64,000 nucleotides of DNA, taken from contig CBDCOZ010000003.1 of the NCBI GenBank assembly GCA_965220085.1, positions 832,001 to 896,000 of the forward strand, read 5' to 3'. Both the position numbers and the translations under genes were made by a program. Origin of the DNA: Candidatus Oxydemutatoraceae bacterium (GTDB lineage: Bacteria; Pseudomonadota; Gammaproteobacteria; Poriferisulfidales; Oxydemutatoraceae). Positions 1 through 8,798 of the stretch are shown piece by piece (position 1 is the stretch's first letter; every line of letters starts with the position of its first letter). The notes beneath the pieces were generated by a model. That model ran no database searches, was not told the origin of the DNA, and saw only the letters and a program-made list of their open reading frames with translations.

Positions 1-78
1 CCGCGCGGTTTGATCGCAAGCGATCTATTGCCGCTGATTCGCGATTGCATAAACGCTTTGGTTGACAGTGGCGGTTAA
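1..78 (+). CDS. nnr: C-terminal end of NAD(P)H-hydrate dehydratase/epimerase (partial)
   Basis: Frame 1 reads PRGLIASDLLPLIRDCINALVDSGG*, like the YjeF/Nnr C-terminus; canonical nnr-tsaE-amiB order. Confidence 0.7.
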   Translation, partial: PRGLIASDLLPLIRDCINALVDSGG

Positions 79-544
79 TTTGCAACTGGTCGGAGCGCCC
101 GCGACCGAGTGTCTGGGAGCTTGTGTGGCGCGCTTGGTCAAAGCGCCCGCTTGTATTTGGTTGCAAGGCGCTTTGGGAAGCGGCAAGACCACTTTTTGCC
201 GCGGCTTTATCCGCGCTTTGAGCGCCGCCGAAAAAGTCGCGAGTCCGACCTATGCGCTGTTGGAAACCTATGCGGCCAAAGAGACGACCATCTGCCACTT
301 TGATCTGTATCGCATCAGCAAACCGGATGAACTGGAGTTTATCGGCGTCAGAGACTGTTTTGCCGACGACAACATCTGTTTGATCGAGTGGCCTGAGAAT
401 GCGGGTGCGCTGCCGCCGCCCGATTTGAAGATTACCCTGACGTATGCGGACAAAGAACAAGAGCGTCATGCCGCGGCGGAGGGCGGCGATACGCAGTTGA
501 TTCAGAACATACGACAGGATTATATGCGCCAATGTACCGGCTGA
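62..544 (+). CDS. tsaE: tRNA threonylcarbamoyladenosine biosynthesis ATPase
   Basis: GALGSGKTT P-loop, SPTYAL, HFDLYR, IEWPE motifs. Confidence 0.95.
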   Translation: MTVAVNLQLVGAPATECLGACVARLVKAPACIWLQGALGSGKTTFCRGFIRALSAAEKVASPTYALLETYAAKETTICHFDLYRISKPDELEFIGVRDCFADDNICLIEWPENAGALPPPDLKITLTYADKEQERHAAAEGGDTQLIQNIRQDYMRQCTG

Positions 545-1788
545 TCGCTTGCTTTTTATTGTCGTTCGTCGGCGCCGCCGTCGCATCCGCCGCCAATGTG
601 GAAGGCATGGCCATCAGCGAGTATCGGCAGAAGACAGAAATCGCGGTGCATCTGGATCGCCTGCCCCGATACGAAGCTTTCGTTTTGCAGTCGCCGGAAC
701 GTCTCGCGCTCAATTTGCACGAAAGCACGGGATGCAAACTCAGGCTGGAGCGCCCGACCAGAGCAATCAGCGAGATACGCTCCAAGACCCAAGGCGGCGC
801 CTGCAGCGTATATTTCTATCTGACCACGGCGGTCGACTACAAAGTGGCATCCGCTCAATCGCCCGCGAAACTGGTCATCACCATCAGTCAGAAGCCGTCC
901 GCGACGGCCCGCCGCTCGATTACGTTGGGTCGCGATGCGATTATCGTGATCGACCCCGGACACGGCGGCAAGGACCCGGGAGCCATCGGCGCCGCCGGAA
1001 CATACGAGAAACATATCACGTTGTCGGTGTCCGAGCATCTGCTGCGCTTAGTCAACGACGCCTACGGCATGCGCGGTTTTCTGACGCGCGCCGATGATCG
1101 CTTTGTCAGTTTGCGCGACCGTCTCAATTTCGCCCAGCGGCATAAGGCCGACATATTCGTTTCCATCCACGCCGATGCCGCCGCCGACCGCGCGGCGGCG
1201 GGCGCGTCGGTCTATATGCTCTCGCCCAAAGGCGCGTCGAGCGAAGCGGCCAGATTATTGGCCCGCCGCGAAAACCAAGCGGATCTGATCGCCGGCGTTC
1301 CGGCGCGCGACGCCGACCCGCAAACCGCGGGCATTCTGCTTGATCTGTCGCAGACCGCCACTCTGGATCACAGCAAAGCGCTGGCCCGCGAGGTGTTGTC
1401 TTCTTTTGGCAAGATCGCAAAAAACAATCGGATTGAAGCCGCCGGTTTTGTCGTTCTGAAGTCGCCCGATATCGTATCGGTGTTGGTGGAGTCGGGCTAT
1501 TTGTCCAACCCCAAAGAAGAGAAGCGCTTGCGTACGACGGCGCATCAAAAGCGCGTGGCAAAAGCGGTTCACAGAGGCATTAAACGTTATCTCGCGCGCC
1601 ACCCGACGAGGGACATGTTGCTGTCGTCGGTGCGCATCAAGGATTACAAAGTGGCGAGCGGCGATACCTTGTCGGACATCGCATTGCGCTTCCGGACAAA
1701 AATATCCGACATCAAAAAGTTATCGGATTTGCCGTCAGATACGATCCGCGTCGGGCAGGTGCTCAAAGTGCCGGTGACTCGGGAGTAG
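532..1788 (+). CDS. amiB: N-acetylmuramoyl-L-alanine amidase with AMIN and C-terminal LysM domains
   Basis: Signal peptide, IDPGHGGKDPGA, SIHAD, LVESGYLSNP, LysM YKVASGDTLSDIA. Confidence 0.93.
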   Translation: MYRLIACFLLSFVGAAVASAANVEGMAISEYRQKTEIAVHLDRLPRYEAFVLQSPERLALNLHESTGCKLRLERPTRAISEIRSKTQGGACSVYFYLTTAVDYKVASAQSPAKLVITISQKPSATARRSITLGRDAIIVIDPGHGGKDPGAIGAAGTYEKHITLSVSEHLLRLVNDAYGMRGFLTRADDRFVSLRDRLNFAQRHKADIFVSIHADAAADRAAAGASVYMLSPKGASSEAARLLARRENQADLIAGVPARDADPQTAGILLDLSQTATLDHSKALAREVLSSFGKIAKNNRIEAAGFVVLKSPDIVSVLVESGYLSNPKEEKRLRTTAHQKRVAKAVHRGIKRYLARHPTRDMLLSSVRIKDYKVASGDTLSDIALRFRTKISDIKKLSDLPSDTIRVGQVLKVPVTRE

Positions 1789-1974
1789 GCGCGGACTCGG
1801 TTGTTTGCGAATCACACACCGCCGAACCATGCCGGAAACATTCCGGACTCCCGGCATCAACACGATGCGTTGCAATATCACCTCAGCCGCTTATCACGCT
1901 ATGCGTGGCGGCACAAATATCCGTGCGATGGCATGAACGGCTTAACCGGCCCTGTCCTACGCCGCCGCCCGCCG

Positions 1975-2035
1975 CCCCTGCGTCTGCGCCTTTTCCTTCA
2001 AGATCCTTGCAATAATGCGGGTATCCTGCGGCAGA
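1975..2035 (+). pseudogene. Degenerate remnant of the LRLRLFLEGPLR tail and its 3' flank
   Basis: Reads PLRLRLFLQDP; following DNA (gcgggtatcctgcggcagag) aligns with DNA after the 5435 stop (gcgagtaacctgcggcagaag). Confidence 0.65.
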
Positions 2036-2090
2036 GAAAGGGAGTATTATGGGGCGCAAACAAGGGGAGCGAGGCAGGATACGGAGGCGC

Positions 2091-2118
2091 TTGCAAATGA
2101 CTTGCTTTGTGGTATAGT
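2091..2118 (+). promoter_or_regulatory. Putative sigma70 promoter with extended -10 (TTGCAA-16-TATAGT, TGn)
   Basis: ttgcaaatgacttgctttgtggtatagt; near-identical copy at 29209-29236 (-) upstream of a paralog. Confidence 0.55.
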
Positions 2119-2323
2119 GCGCCAAAGGAGGGAAACAATGAGCAATTTAACTCTTGCAAATAACTTGCGCCTTGTGGCAGAGTACAGCACTCAGAGTACG
2201 GCACTAAACAGCACACAAGCAGCACTCAGTTGTTTGTGGTTTCTTGAGCGTTGCTTGTGTGCATATACTGTGCAACTGCATTTGCTAGAAACAGGAAATA
2301 CATGCCATAAGGAGTAATAGATT

Positions 2324-3600
2324 ATGAATAGACAAGACTTTAATACTACCCCCCCCCCCCCCCCCCCCCCGCGCTATGTAAAGGTAAGGGGACTGCGGTC
2401 GCTTGGCTGTATTGCCTCGCCACCCGCTTTCTGCAAGTACTTCGCCCCTCCGCATTGGCGGGCAACGATGATGCGGCTTAGCCTCTGGTCGCTGGCCCTG
2501 TTCGTCCTGTTCGCCGTCTGCGCTCAGGCGCAGGCGCAAAATGCCACCGGCATACCCGATGTCACCTACGCCAGCGGCATAATCGCTCCCACCGAAGATT
2601 CCGCCATCACCGCCAACGGCGGCAGCGGTTCCACCGCCATAGCCGACACCGATGGCCTGGGCACTTTCAGTTGGCAATGGAGTGCGGCCGATACCAACGG
2701 CGGCGCCTACGCCGACATCGCCATGGCGACCAATGCCGCCTTTACTCCGGGCGATGACGAGGTGGGCAAGTTCCTGCGCGTCTGCGCATCTTTCACGGAT
2801 AACGCCGGCAACAACGAGGAGCGTTGCCTGCGGATAGCCACCGCCGTGGCCAACATCAACGACAAGCCGGTGCCTATCGCCAACACAATTTCGGTGAGCA
2901 CCGCCGCCGATGCCGACAATCCCTATGTCTTCTCTGCGGATGACTTTCCATTCACGGATGTGGACGGCGACATGCTGGCGGGCATCGAAATAGCCGCCCT
3001 GCCAGGAAGAGATTCTACAGCCGGGCCAGGCAGTCCGGGCACCCTGGCATTGAACGGAACGGCCTTGACCGCTGTCCCCGCAAGCACCATCACCGTAGCC
3101 CAACTGGAGGCCGGCGCTCTGACCTATTACCCGCCAGAGGGCGAGCAACCCACCAACCCCAATGACCCCATTGCCAGATTAGCCTTCTTCGGCTTTGATG
3201 TGGTGGACGATGGCAGTGATGGCAACACCAACAATGTCAGCAATGTGGGCAGAATCATAGACATACGACTGGTGTCGGTGAGTCAGACTGCCGCCAGCGG
3301 CAGACCCAGAATAGCAGTGCTGAATGTTCCCGCCAATATCCACACCCACGCTGAGGGCACCCAACTGAGAGCCGACACCGGAGACATCGTCGAACCCAAC
3401 GGCATAGACCGCAGCACTCTGGAGTGGCAATGGCAGTCATTCTCTGTCGGCGATGGTGTCTTTGCCGACATAAGCGGCGCCACCGGAGGCGCATTCACCC
3501 CGGGCCAGGCCCATGTGGGCATGCGCATCCGCGTCTGCGCCAGTTTTATGGACAATCACGCTATGCCGGAGACTGTGGAAGACCTGTGCTCCGCCTCTAT
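2324..3600 (+). pseudogene. Truncated secreted Ig/cadherin-like repeat protein (LEGPLR-family paralog lacking its C-terminus)
   Basis: Signal peptide ...VCAQAQAQNATG and modules FTP..VGKFLRVCA / DFPFTDVDGD shared with 4077, 22856 and 27480; homology ends at EDLCSA (~3595), after which the ORF runs on to 4072 as out-of-frame sequence. Alternative start ATG 2468. Confidence 0.7.
2349..2370 (+). repeat. Poly-C homopolymer (22 C) at the 5' end of the adhesin-like ORF
   Basis: Direct read: aatacta(C)22gcgc. Confidence 0.9.
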
Positions 3601-4034
3601 CCGGCAACAGCAGCACCCTGGCGGCCGCCGATGCCTCCATCAACGAGATATCCATAGATGCCCAACTGCGCTATACCAAAGACAATCTGATGCCCTTTGC
3701 CAGCATAACCGCCCGCAAACTTGGTGGCGACCTCAGCCAATCCTTGGCGATGGATCTCAGATTCGGCGCAGACCTGCAGACCAAACCCGCCACCATCCGC
3801 CTGTCCATAATCCGCCAGATAAACGACACCACCCACAAACGCGACAGCCTGAGTCTGGACATAGCCACCAGGCCCAACCGCAGCGGCATAACCGCCAGCC
3901 TCGGCAGCCGCTACGACAGCATAACGGGCCGCCCACAGTGGCACAGCCGCCTGGGCTGGCAATACCGAAACTTCCAGAGCTCCCTGCAGGCATCGCCAGA
4001 CGACTGGCGACTGCAAGCCCGGGTGCGCTGGTAA
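3597..4034 (+). pseudogene. C-terminal fragment of an outer-membrane beta-barrel (autotransporter-like)
   Basis: Alternating amphipathic strands ending WRLQARVRW* (terminal aromatic); no credible start; different frame from the 2324 ORF. Confidence 0.6.
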
Positions 4035-4076
4035 TCCGGGCGCAAGCCCACTCATCCATCAACCATACATAGGAGT

Positions 4077-5435
4077 ATGATTATGAACATCACGGCATTT
4101 TTCTCAAATCCCGCCACCAGCGGCCAGCGGTTGCACAGGTGCGGCCTCTGGCCGCTGGCCCTGCTTGCCATCTGCATCCAGGCCCAGGCGCAACCGCACG
4201 GCAGCGCAGGCCCGTCTGCCCCGGTTATTCAGGCCAAGCCAGTGCCTGCAGGTCTGGAGTCTGTGCGCGGGGCGGGCCCGTTTGCCCCGGTTATTCAGGT
4301 CAAGCCAGTGGCACCCACCTCCCCCGTCGTGATAGACGTATACACCAACGCCACCGCAGACAATCCCTACAGATTCAAGGTTACCGATTTCGTATTTAGC
4401 GATACGGACGGCGATGCGTTGGAAAAGGTGGTCATATCAACCGCGCCCCCACTCGGCACATTGAGGGTGGGTAACCGAGTCATCCCCTTTTCCCAATCCT
4501 CGGCAGCCAATGAAGATGTGGCGCGGGCCAACATCGGTACCATAACCTGGTACCCGGAACCGGGCCAGGCTGCACAGACCAACTACACCACCTTTTTGTA
4601 CACTGTGTTTGCTGGCGGAGAGGAATCCTCTAATTCAGGTAACATCCGCTTCGATCTGGTGGAACGACCGCAGACCGCCGCCTCAGGCGCACCCACAGTG
4701 GCCGCAACGGGCAGCGGCACAGCCTACAACGAGGATGTACAACTGACCGCCAGCACCACAGGCATAACCGAACCCAACGGCATAAACGCCAGCACCCTGC
4801 AATGGCGATGGTACCGGGCCCCGGCCCCGGCCACTGGCGACCCGGCGGCGGCCGACTATGCCGCCATATCCGGGGCCACCGCCGCCACTTTCACCCCACT
4901 GCAGGCCCATGTGGGAATGTACATCAGAGTCTGCGCATTCTTTACGGACAGCCACAGCACCCCGGCATCTGAGGGCGGCACCGCATCCGCCCCCACTCTG
5001 TGCTCCACCGGCACCATCATCGCCGATGTCAATCATGCGCCCGCCAGTGCCGATGCCTCTGTGAATGCGCCCGTAGGTGCCACTGCGGCTGCGCCATTCT
5101 CTTTCTCTGCGGACAGCTTTGCCTTTGAGGACGAGGATCAGGGGGACAGCCTGGCCAGCATCACCATAACCACCATCCCGGCCCTGGGCGCATTGCGCAC
5201 CGGCACCGGGGCCTCGGCCACCACCCTGGCCAATGGTGCCACGGTAATGGCCAGTGCCATATCCACCCTCAACTGGCATCCCCCGGCCAATGCCACCGCC
5301 GCCAGCAACTACACCAACTTCCAATTCACCGTAAGCGATGGCACCGCATCCAGCTCCGGCAATACCATGACCATAAACCTGGTGGAGCATCTGCGCCTGC
5401 GGTTGCGTCTTTTCCTTGAGGGCCCGTTGCGGTAG
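4077..5435 (+). CDS. Secreted Ig/cadherin-like repeat protein with LRLRLRLFLEGPLR tail
   Basis: GGAG RBS, signal peptide CIQAQAQ, DFVFSDTDGD and FAFEDEDQGD cadherin-like motifs, Cys-paired module, conserved tail. Confidence 0.8.
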   Translation: MIMNITAFFSNPATSGQRLHRCGLWPLALLAICIQAQAQPHGSAGPSAPVIQAKPVPAGLESVRGAGPFAPVIQVKPVAPTSPVVIDVYTNATADNPYRFKVTDFVFSDTDGDALEKVVISTAPPLGTLRVGNRVIPFSQSSAANEDVARANIGTITWYPEPGQAAQTNYTTFLYTVFAGGEESSNSGNIRFDLVERPQTAASGAPTVAATGSGTAYNEDVQLTASTTGITEPNGINASTLQWRWYRAPAPATGDPAAADYAAISGATAATFTPLQAHVGMYIRVCAFFTDSHSTPASEGGTASAPTLCSTGTIIADVNHAPASADASVNAPVGATAAAPFSFSADSFAFEDEDQGDSLASITITTIPALGALRTGTGASATTLANGATVMASAISTLNWHPPANATAASNYTNFQFTVSDGTASSSGNTMTINLVEHLRLRLRLFLEGPLR

Positions 5436-5600
5436 CGCGAGTAACCTGCGGCAGAAGGGGAGTGTCGTGAGATGCAAGGGGGTGAGGCAGACACAGGCGT
5501 TGAATGATGCCAGAAAATGAATGCATTCTGAATGCATTCAATGAGCGCTTATCGCCTCTTCAGGAAGCGTTTGTGGAATTTGAAGCGGGTGTGTTGATGA

Positions 5601-5738
5601 CGACCTGCGGACATTCAATGATTGTCGGATAGACCATCCGGTATGGTTCCACGTCCCCGCGAAGGTTACGCTAGCGCAGTTTCAAGCGCCGTGACACAGC
5701 GCGGCATTTGCCCCGTGTGTCCGATATGTCATGGCTTC
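5601..5738 (+). repeat. Dispersed ~140-bp non-coding element, copy 1
   Basis: Aligns end to end with the reverse complement of 25471-25616. Confidence 0.75.
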
Positions 5739-5796
5739 AGCGCCTTGACCCGGCGGTTGCGCTTGCAAAACATTTCGGATATGTATAATTGGCAGG

Positions 5797-6372
5797 ATGG
5801 CAAAGAGATATTCAAAAGTTTCCTACAAACGGGTGTTGGCACTGCTGGCGCTGTCCTTGCCGCTGTTGTATTTTGCCGCAGTGTCGGGGCGCATATCGTT
5901 GCCGGAGACCCCGTTCAGGGCGCCCGAGTTTACGCATAAGCAACCGGCGGAGTGGATCAATTCGGCGCCATTGACGGTTGCCGATCTGCGCGGCAGCGTC
6001 GTGTTGCTTGATTTCTGGACCTACGAATGCTGGAACTGCTACCGCTCGTTCCCTTGGTTGCGCGCGGTTGAGGAGCGCTATCAAAGCCGGGGGTTGCAAG
6101 TGATCGGGGTGCACACGCCCGAATTTGATCGCGAACGGATTCTGGAAAATGTGGCGGCGAAGGTCAAAGAGTTCAAACTCAAGCATCCGGTCATGATCGA
6201 TAATGACTTTTCTTACTGGCGCGCGATGAACAACCGCTACTGGCCGGCATTCTATATCATAGACAAGCAAGGCTTGGTGCGCGGTGTGTTTGTCGGCGAA
6301 ACGCACGCCGGCGATAGGCGCGCCAAAAAGATAGAAGCCTTGCTTGAGAAACTCTTGGCCGAAGCCGCTTAA
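5797..6372 (+). CDS. Membrane-anchored thioredoxin-like (TlpA/DipZ-type redoxin) protein
   Basis: N-terminal TM, LDFWTYECWNC, GVHTPEF, YWPAFY. Confidence 0.88.
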   Translation: MAKRYSKVSYKRVLALLALSLPLLYFAAVSGRISLPETPFRAPEFTHKQPAEWINSAPLTVADLRGSVVLLDFWTYECWNCYRSFPWLRAVEERYQSRGLQVIGVHTPEFDRERILENVAAKVKEFKLKHPVMIDNDFSYWRAMNNRYWPAFYIIDKQGLVRGVFVGETHAGDRRAKKIEALLEKLLAEAA

Positions 6373-6852
6373 CCGTTCGCTCAGCCGTCGGTTGCGGCAA
6401 AGCCGCATATCCGCCCGTCTTTGATCAGAACCGGCAGATCGTTGTCCAGCGTGTCAAATTGCTCCGCAAGTTGTTCCAGCGTTGCGCCTCCGGCGATAGG
6501 CGCGCCAAAAAGATAGAAGCCTTGCTTGAGAAACTCTTGGCCGAAGCCGCTTAACCGTTCGCTCAGCCGTCGGTTGCGGCAAAGCCGCATATCCGCCCGT
6601 CTTTGATCAGAACCGGCAGACCGTTGTCCAGCGTGTCAAATTGCTCCGCAAGTTGTTCCAGCGTTGCGCCTCCGGCGATAGGCGCGCCAAAAAGATAGAA
6701 GCCTTGCTTGAGAAACTCTTGGCCGAAGCCGCTTAACCGTTCGCTCAGCCGTCGGTTGCGGTAAAACCGCATATCCGCCCGTCTTTGATCAGAACCGGCA
6801 GATCGTTGTCCAGCGTGTCAAATTGTTCCGCAAGTTGTTCCAGCGTTGCGCC
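6308..6852. repeat. Convergent-junction tandem array, 3 x 182 bp
   Basis: Units start 6308, 6490, 6672; each holds the redoxin 3' end with TAA and the DUF2063 3' end with TGA. Confidence 0.95.
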
Positions 6853-7518
6853 CTTGTCAATTGCTTGTAACAAGTCAAAGTGTGATGGATCGATGGGCTC
6901 TGCCGTCGGCTTGTTGTTGCGGCGACAGATGCAGAGATATTCGTTGGTCGGGCGAGCGCCGACTTCCGCCGCAGCGCTCTGCTCTTTGTTCGCCCGCCAA
7001 ATCTCAAACAAAGGGTAAGCCGACGTCAACAACCGCAGCGCGGCGGGCAACAGAAATCGTATTTCTTTGTCGCTTTGTCGCGCGGTCGCCTGCGCAAACG
7101 CATCGAAGTCAAAGGGCGCATCATCAGCCGCGTAATACGCCGCGTGTAAGTGGGATTCCAGTCGCGCGAGATCGGGCAGGTAGGGAAAGTCCGCCAGCTC
7201 ATCGCGGGTCGCAAGCAATTCGGCAAAGAAGCCGGGCAAGCGTTCGCCATAGCGGTTCAGGTCGCTGTGCTCGGACGGATACCGCTCGATATATGCTTGC
7301 GCGACTTGCGCAAAATAGTCCTCGCCCAGGATCCGGCGGCATATCGGGTAAACCTGCCGCAGCGCGGCGGACAGAGAGAACCGCATGTTACCGAGATGAA
7401 CCGCGATGCGCTTGTTTGCTGTCATGGCGCGGCTGTCGCAAATCGTTGCGAGCAGTTTTTGCTGGTCGTGTCCCAGCAACGAGCCGACGAAGGCTTTTTG
7501 CAAATCGCGCAGTTTCAT
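6745..7518 (-). CDS. DUF2063 family protein (BufC/HvfC-like partner of DUF692)
   Basis: LRQVYPICRRILGEDYF, YLPDLARLE; directly after DUF692. Confidence 0.8.
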   Translation of the reverse strand: MKLRDLQKAFVGSLLGHDQQKLLATICDSRAMTANKRIAVHLGNMRFSLSAALRQVYPICRRILGEDYFAQVAQAYIERYPSEHSDLNRYGERLPGFFAELLATRDELADFPYLPDLARLESHLHAAYYAADDAPFDFDAFAQATARQSDKEIRFLLPAALRLLTSAYPLFEIWRANKEQSAAAEVGARPTNEYLCICRRNNKPTAEPIDPSHFDLLQAIDKGATLEQLAEQFDTLDNDLPVLIKDGRICGFTATDG

Positions 7519-8411
7519 TGCGGCGAAGGGGCGCTGTCTAGGATGTGTCGCGCTTGTTCGGCCTGTTCAAGCAGCGTTTCAAGCGGCGGCAGGTCGTTGT
7601 CCCACTCTATCAATGTCGGTATCCGCGGGTTGTCACGAGCAAACTTGGCAAACAATTCCCAGACCGGTTCCGAAACCGGATGGTCGTGGGCGTCCAGCAG
7701 GAATTCTTTTCTGGTCTGATAGCCGCCCAAGTGCAACTGCTTGATGCGTTGCGCGGGAATATTGGCAATAAAATCTTCGGCGTTCTCGCCGTGGTTGGCC
7801 TGATTCACATACGCATTGTTCAGGTCAAGCAGGATAAAACAATCCGCCTCTTCGGCGACGGCGGCGACGAATTCCGCTTCGCTCATCGTCGAGTGACGGT
7901 AGCGCAGATACGCGGAGATATTCTCGATCAGAATCGGCCGCTCGAGGAAGTCTTGAATCTGCCGGATGCGCGTTGCGGTATGCCGCGCCGCTTCGTCGGT
8001 AAAAGGCAACGGCAGGAGGTCGTGCGATTGGATGCCGTCACAACCGGTGAAGCACAAATGGTCGGAAACCCATTCGGGGCGGTAGCGCTCGGCCAGTCGT
8101 TTGATGTGCGAGAGGTAGGCCGTATCCAGCGGGTCGGTCGACCCCACGGCCATCCCGACGCTGTGCAGTGCGATGGGGTAGTGTTCCCTGACGGCTTCCA
8201 GTTGATGGTGAACCGCTCCGCCGTCACAAAAATAGTTATCGGCGAGCGCTTCCAGCCAGTCGATCCGCGCTTCGCCAGAAGCGAGCGCGTCCGCAAACGG
8301 CGCGCGCAAGCCGATACCGACTCCGCCGATAGGGTTTGTGTTATACGAGGCAGGAACAGCAGGGCGCAAGTGTTTGCGTCCTGCTGTCACAGATTGGCTT
8401 TGGGTTGGCAA
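7515..8411 (-). CDS. DUF692 multinuclear non-heme iron oxidase (MNIO, BufB-like)
   Basis: GVGIGLR, LHSVGM, WVSDHLC, DLLPLP, IENIS, LLDLNNAYVN, HLGG, DAH, IEWDND. Confidence 0.92.
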   Translation of the reverse strand: MPTQSQSVTAGRKHLRPAVPASYNTNPIGGVGIGLRAPFADALASGEARIDWLEALADNYFCDGGAVHHQLEAVREHYPIALHSVGMAVGSTDPLDTAYLSHIKRLAERYRPEWVSDHLCFTGCDGIQSHDLLPLPFTDEAARHTATRIRQIQDFLERPILIENISAYLRYRHSTMSEAEFVAAVAEEADCFILLDLNNAYVNQANHGENAEDFIANIPAQRIKQLHLGGYQTRKEFLLDAHDHPVSEPVWELFAKFARDNPRIPTLIEWDNDLPPLETLLEQAEQARHILDSAPSPQ

Positions 8412-8696
8412 TTATTTTGCCGCTTTGGTGCCGACAACCATACCGCCTGTTATTTTCGTACACGTTCCTCCCGGCACGAAAATCCATTCGGTCTTCATGT
8501 TGTCCGCCGCCGCTTGACCGCCGCAGCCGTGTTTGCCGTCGGTAGAACCGCAATCATTCATGCCTTTTTTTGAGATACCGGCGCACTTTTCCCATTCTTT
8601 GGGTTGCTCCGGCACCGCGGCGTGAGCCGAGGCAATCAATGCGCCTGTGGCTATGATACCGACGATGGTCGATTTGATTAGAGTAGGTTTTTTCAT
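8412..8696 (-). CDS. DUF2282 periplasmic Cys-rich peptide (bufferin BufA1-type precursor)
   Basis: Signal peptide then EKCAG..KKGMNDC...HGCGGQ...[14 protein letters not shown]. Confidence 0.85.
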   Translation of the reverse strand: MKKPTLIKSTIVGIIATGALIASAHAAVPEQPKEWEKCAGISKKGMNDCGSTDGKHGCGGQAAADNMKTEWIFVPGGTCTKITGGMVVGTKAAK

Positions 8697-8798
8697 ATGT
8701 TTTTCTCCTATTAGTTGAGTATATGCAAAGAGTATATTACCCGAAACGGGGGTTTCTGTATAATACGGCTCTCGGGCAGCGCAACAAAAGGATATACA

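Noticed and set aside
3600-4072. Q/H/P/R-rich C-terminus of the 582-aa ORF as a real low-complexity domain
   Set aside because: It is the off-frame reading of the beta-barrel fragment
5386-5445. The conserved tail as a DNA recombination site (attC or shufflon-like)
   Set aside because: Differences among copies are synonymous, favouring protein-level constraint; no recombinase in the window, though the short post-stop conservation remains unexplained
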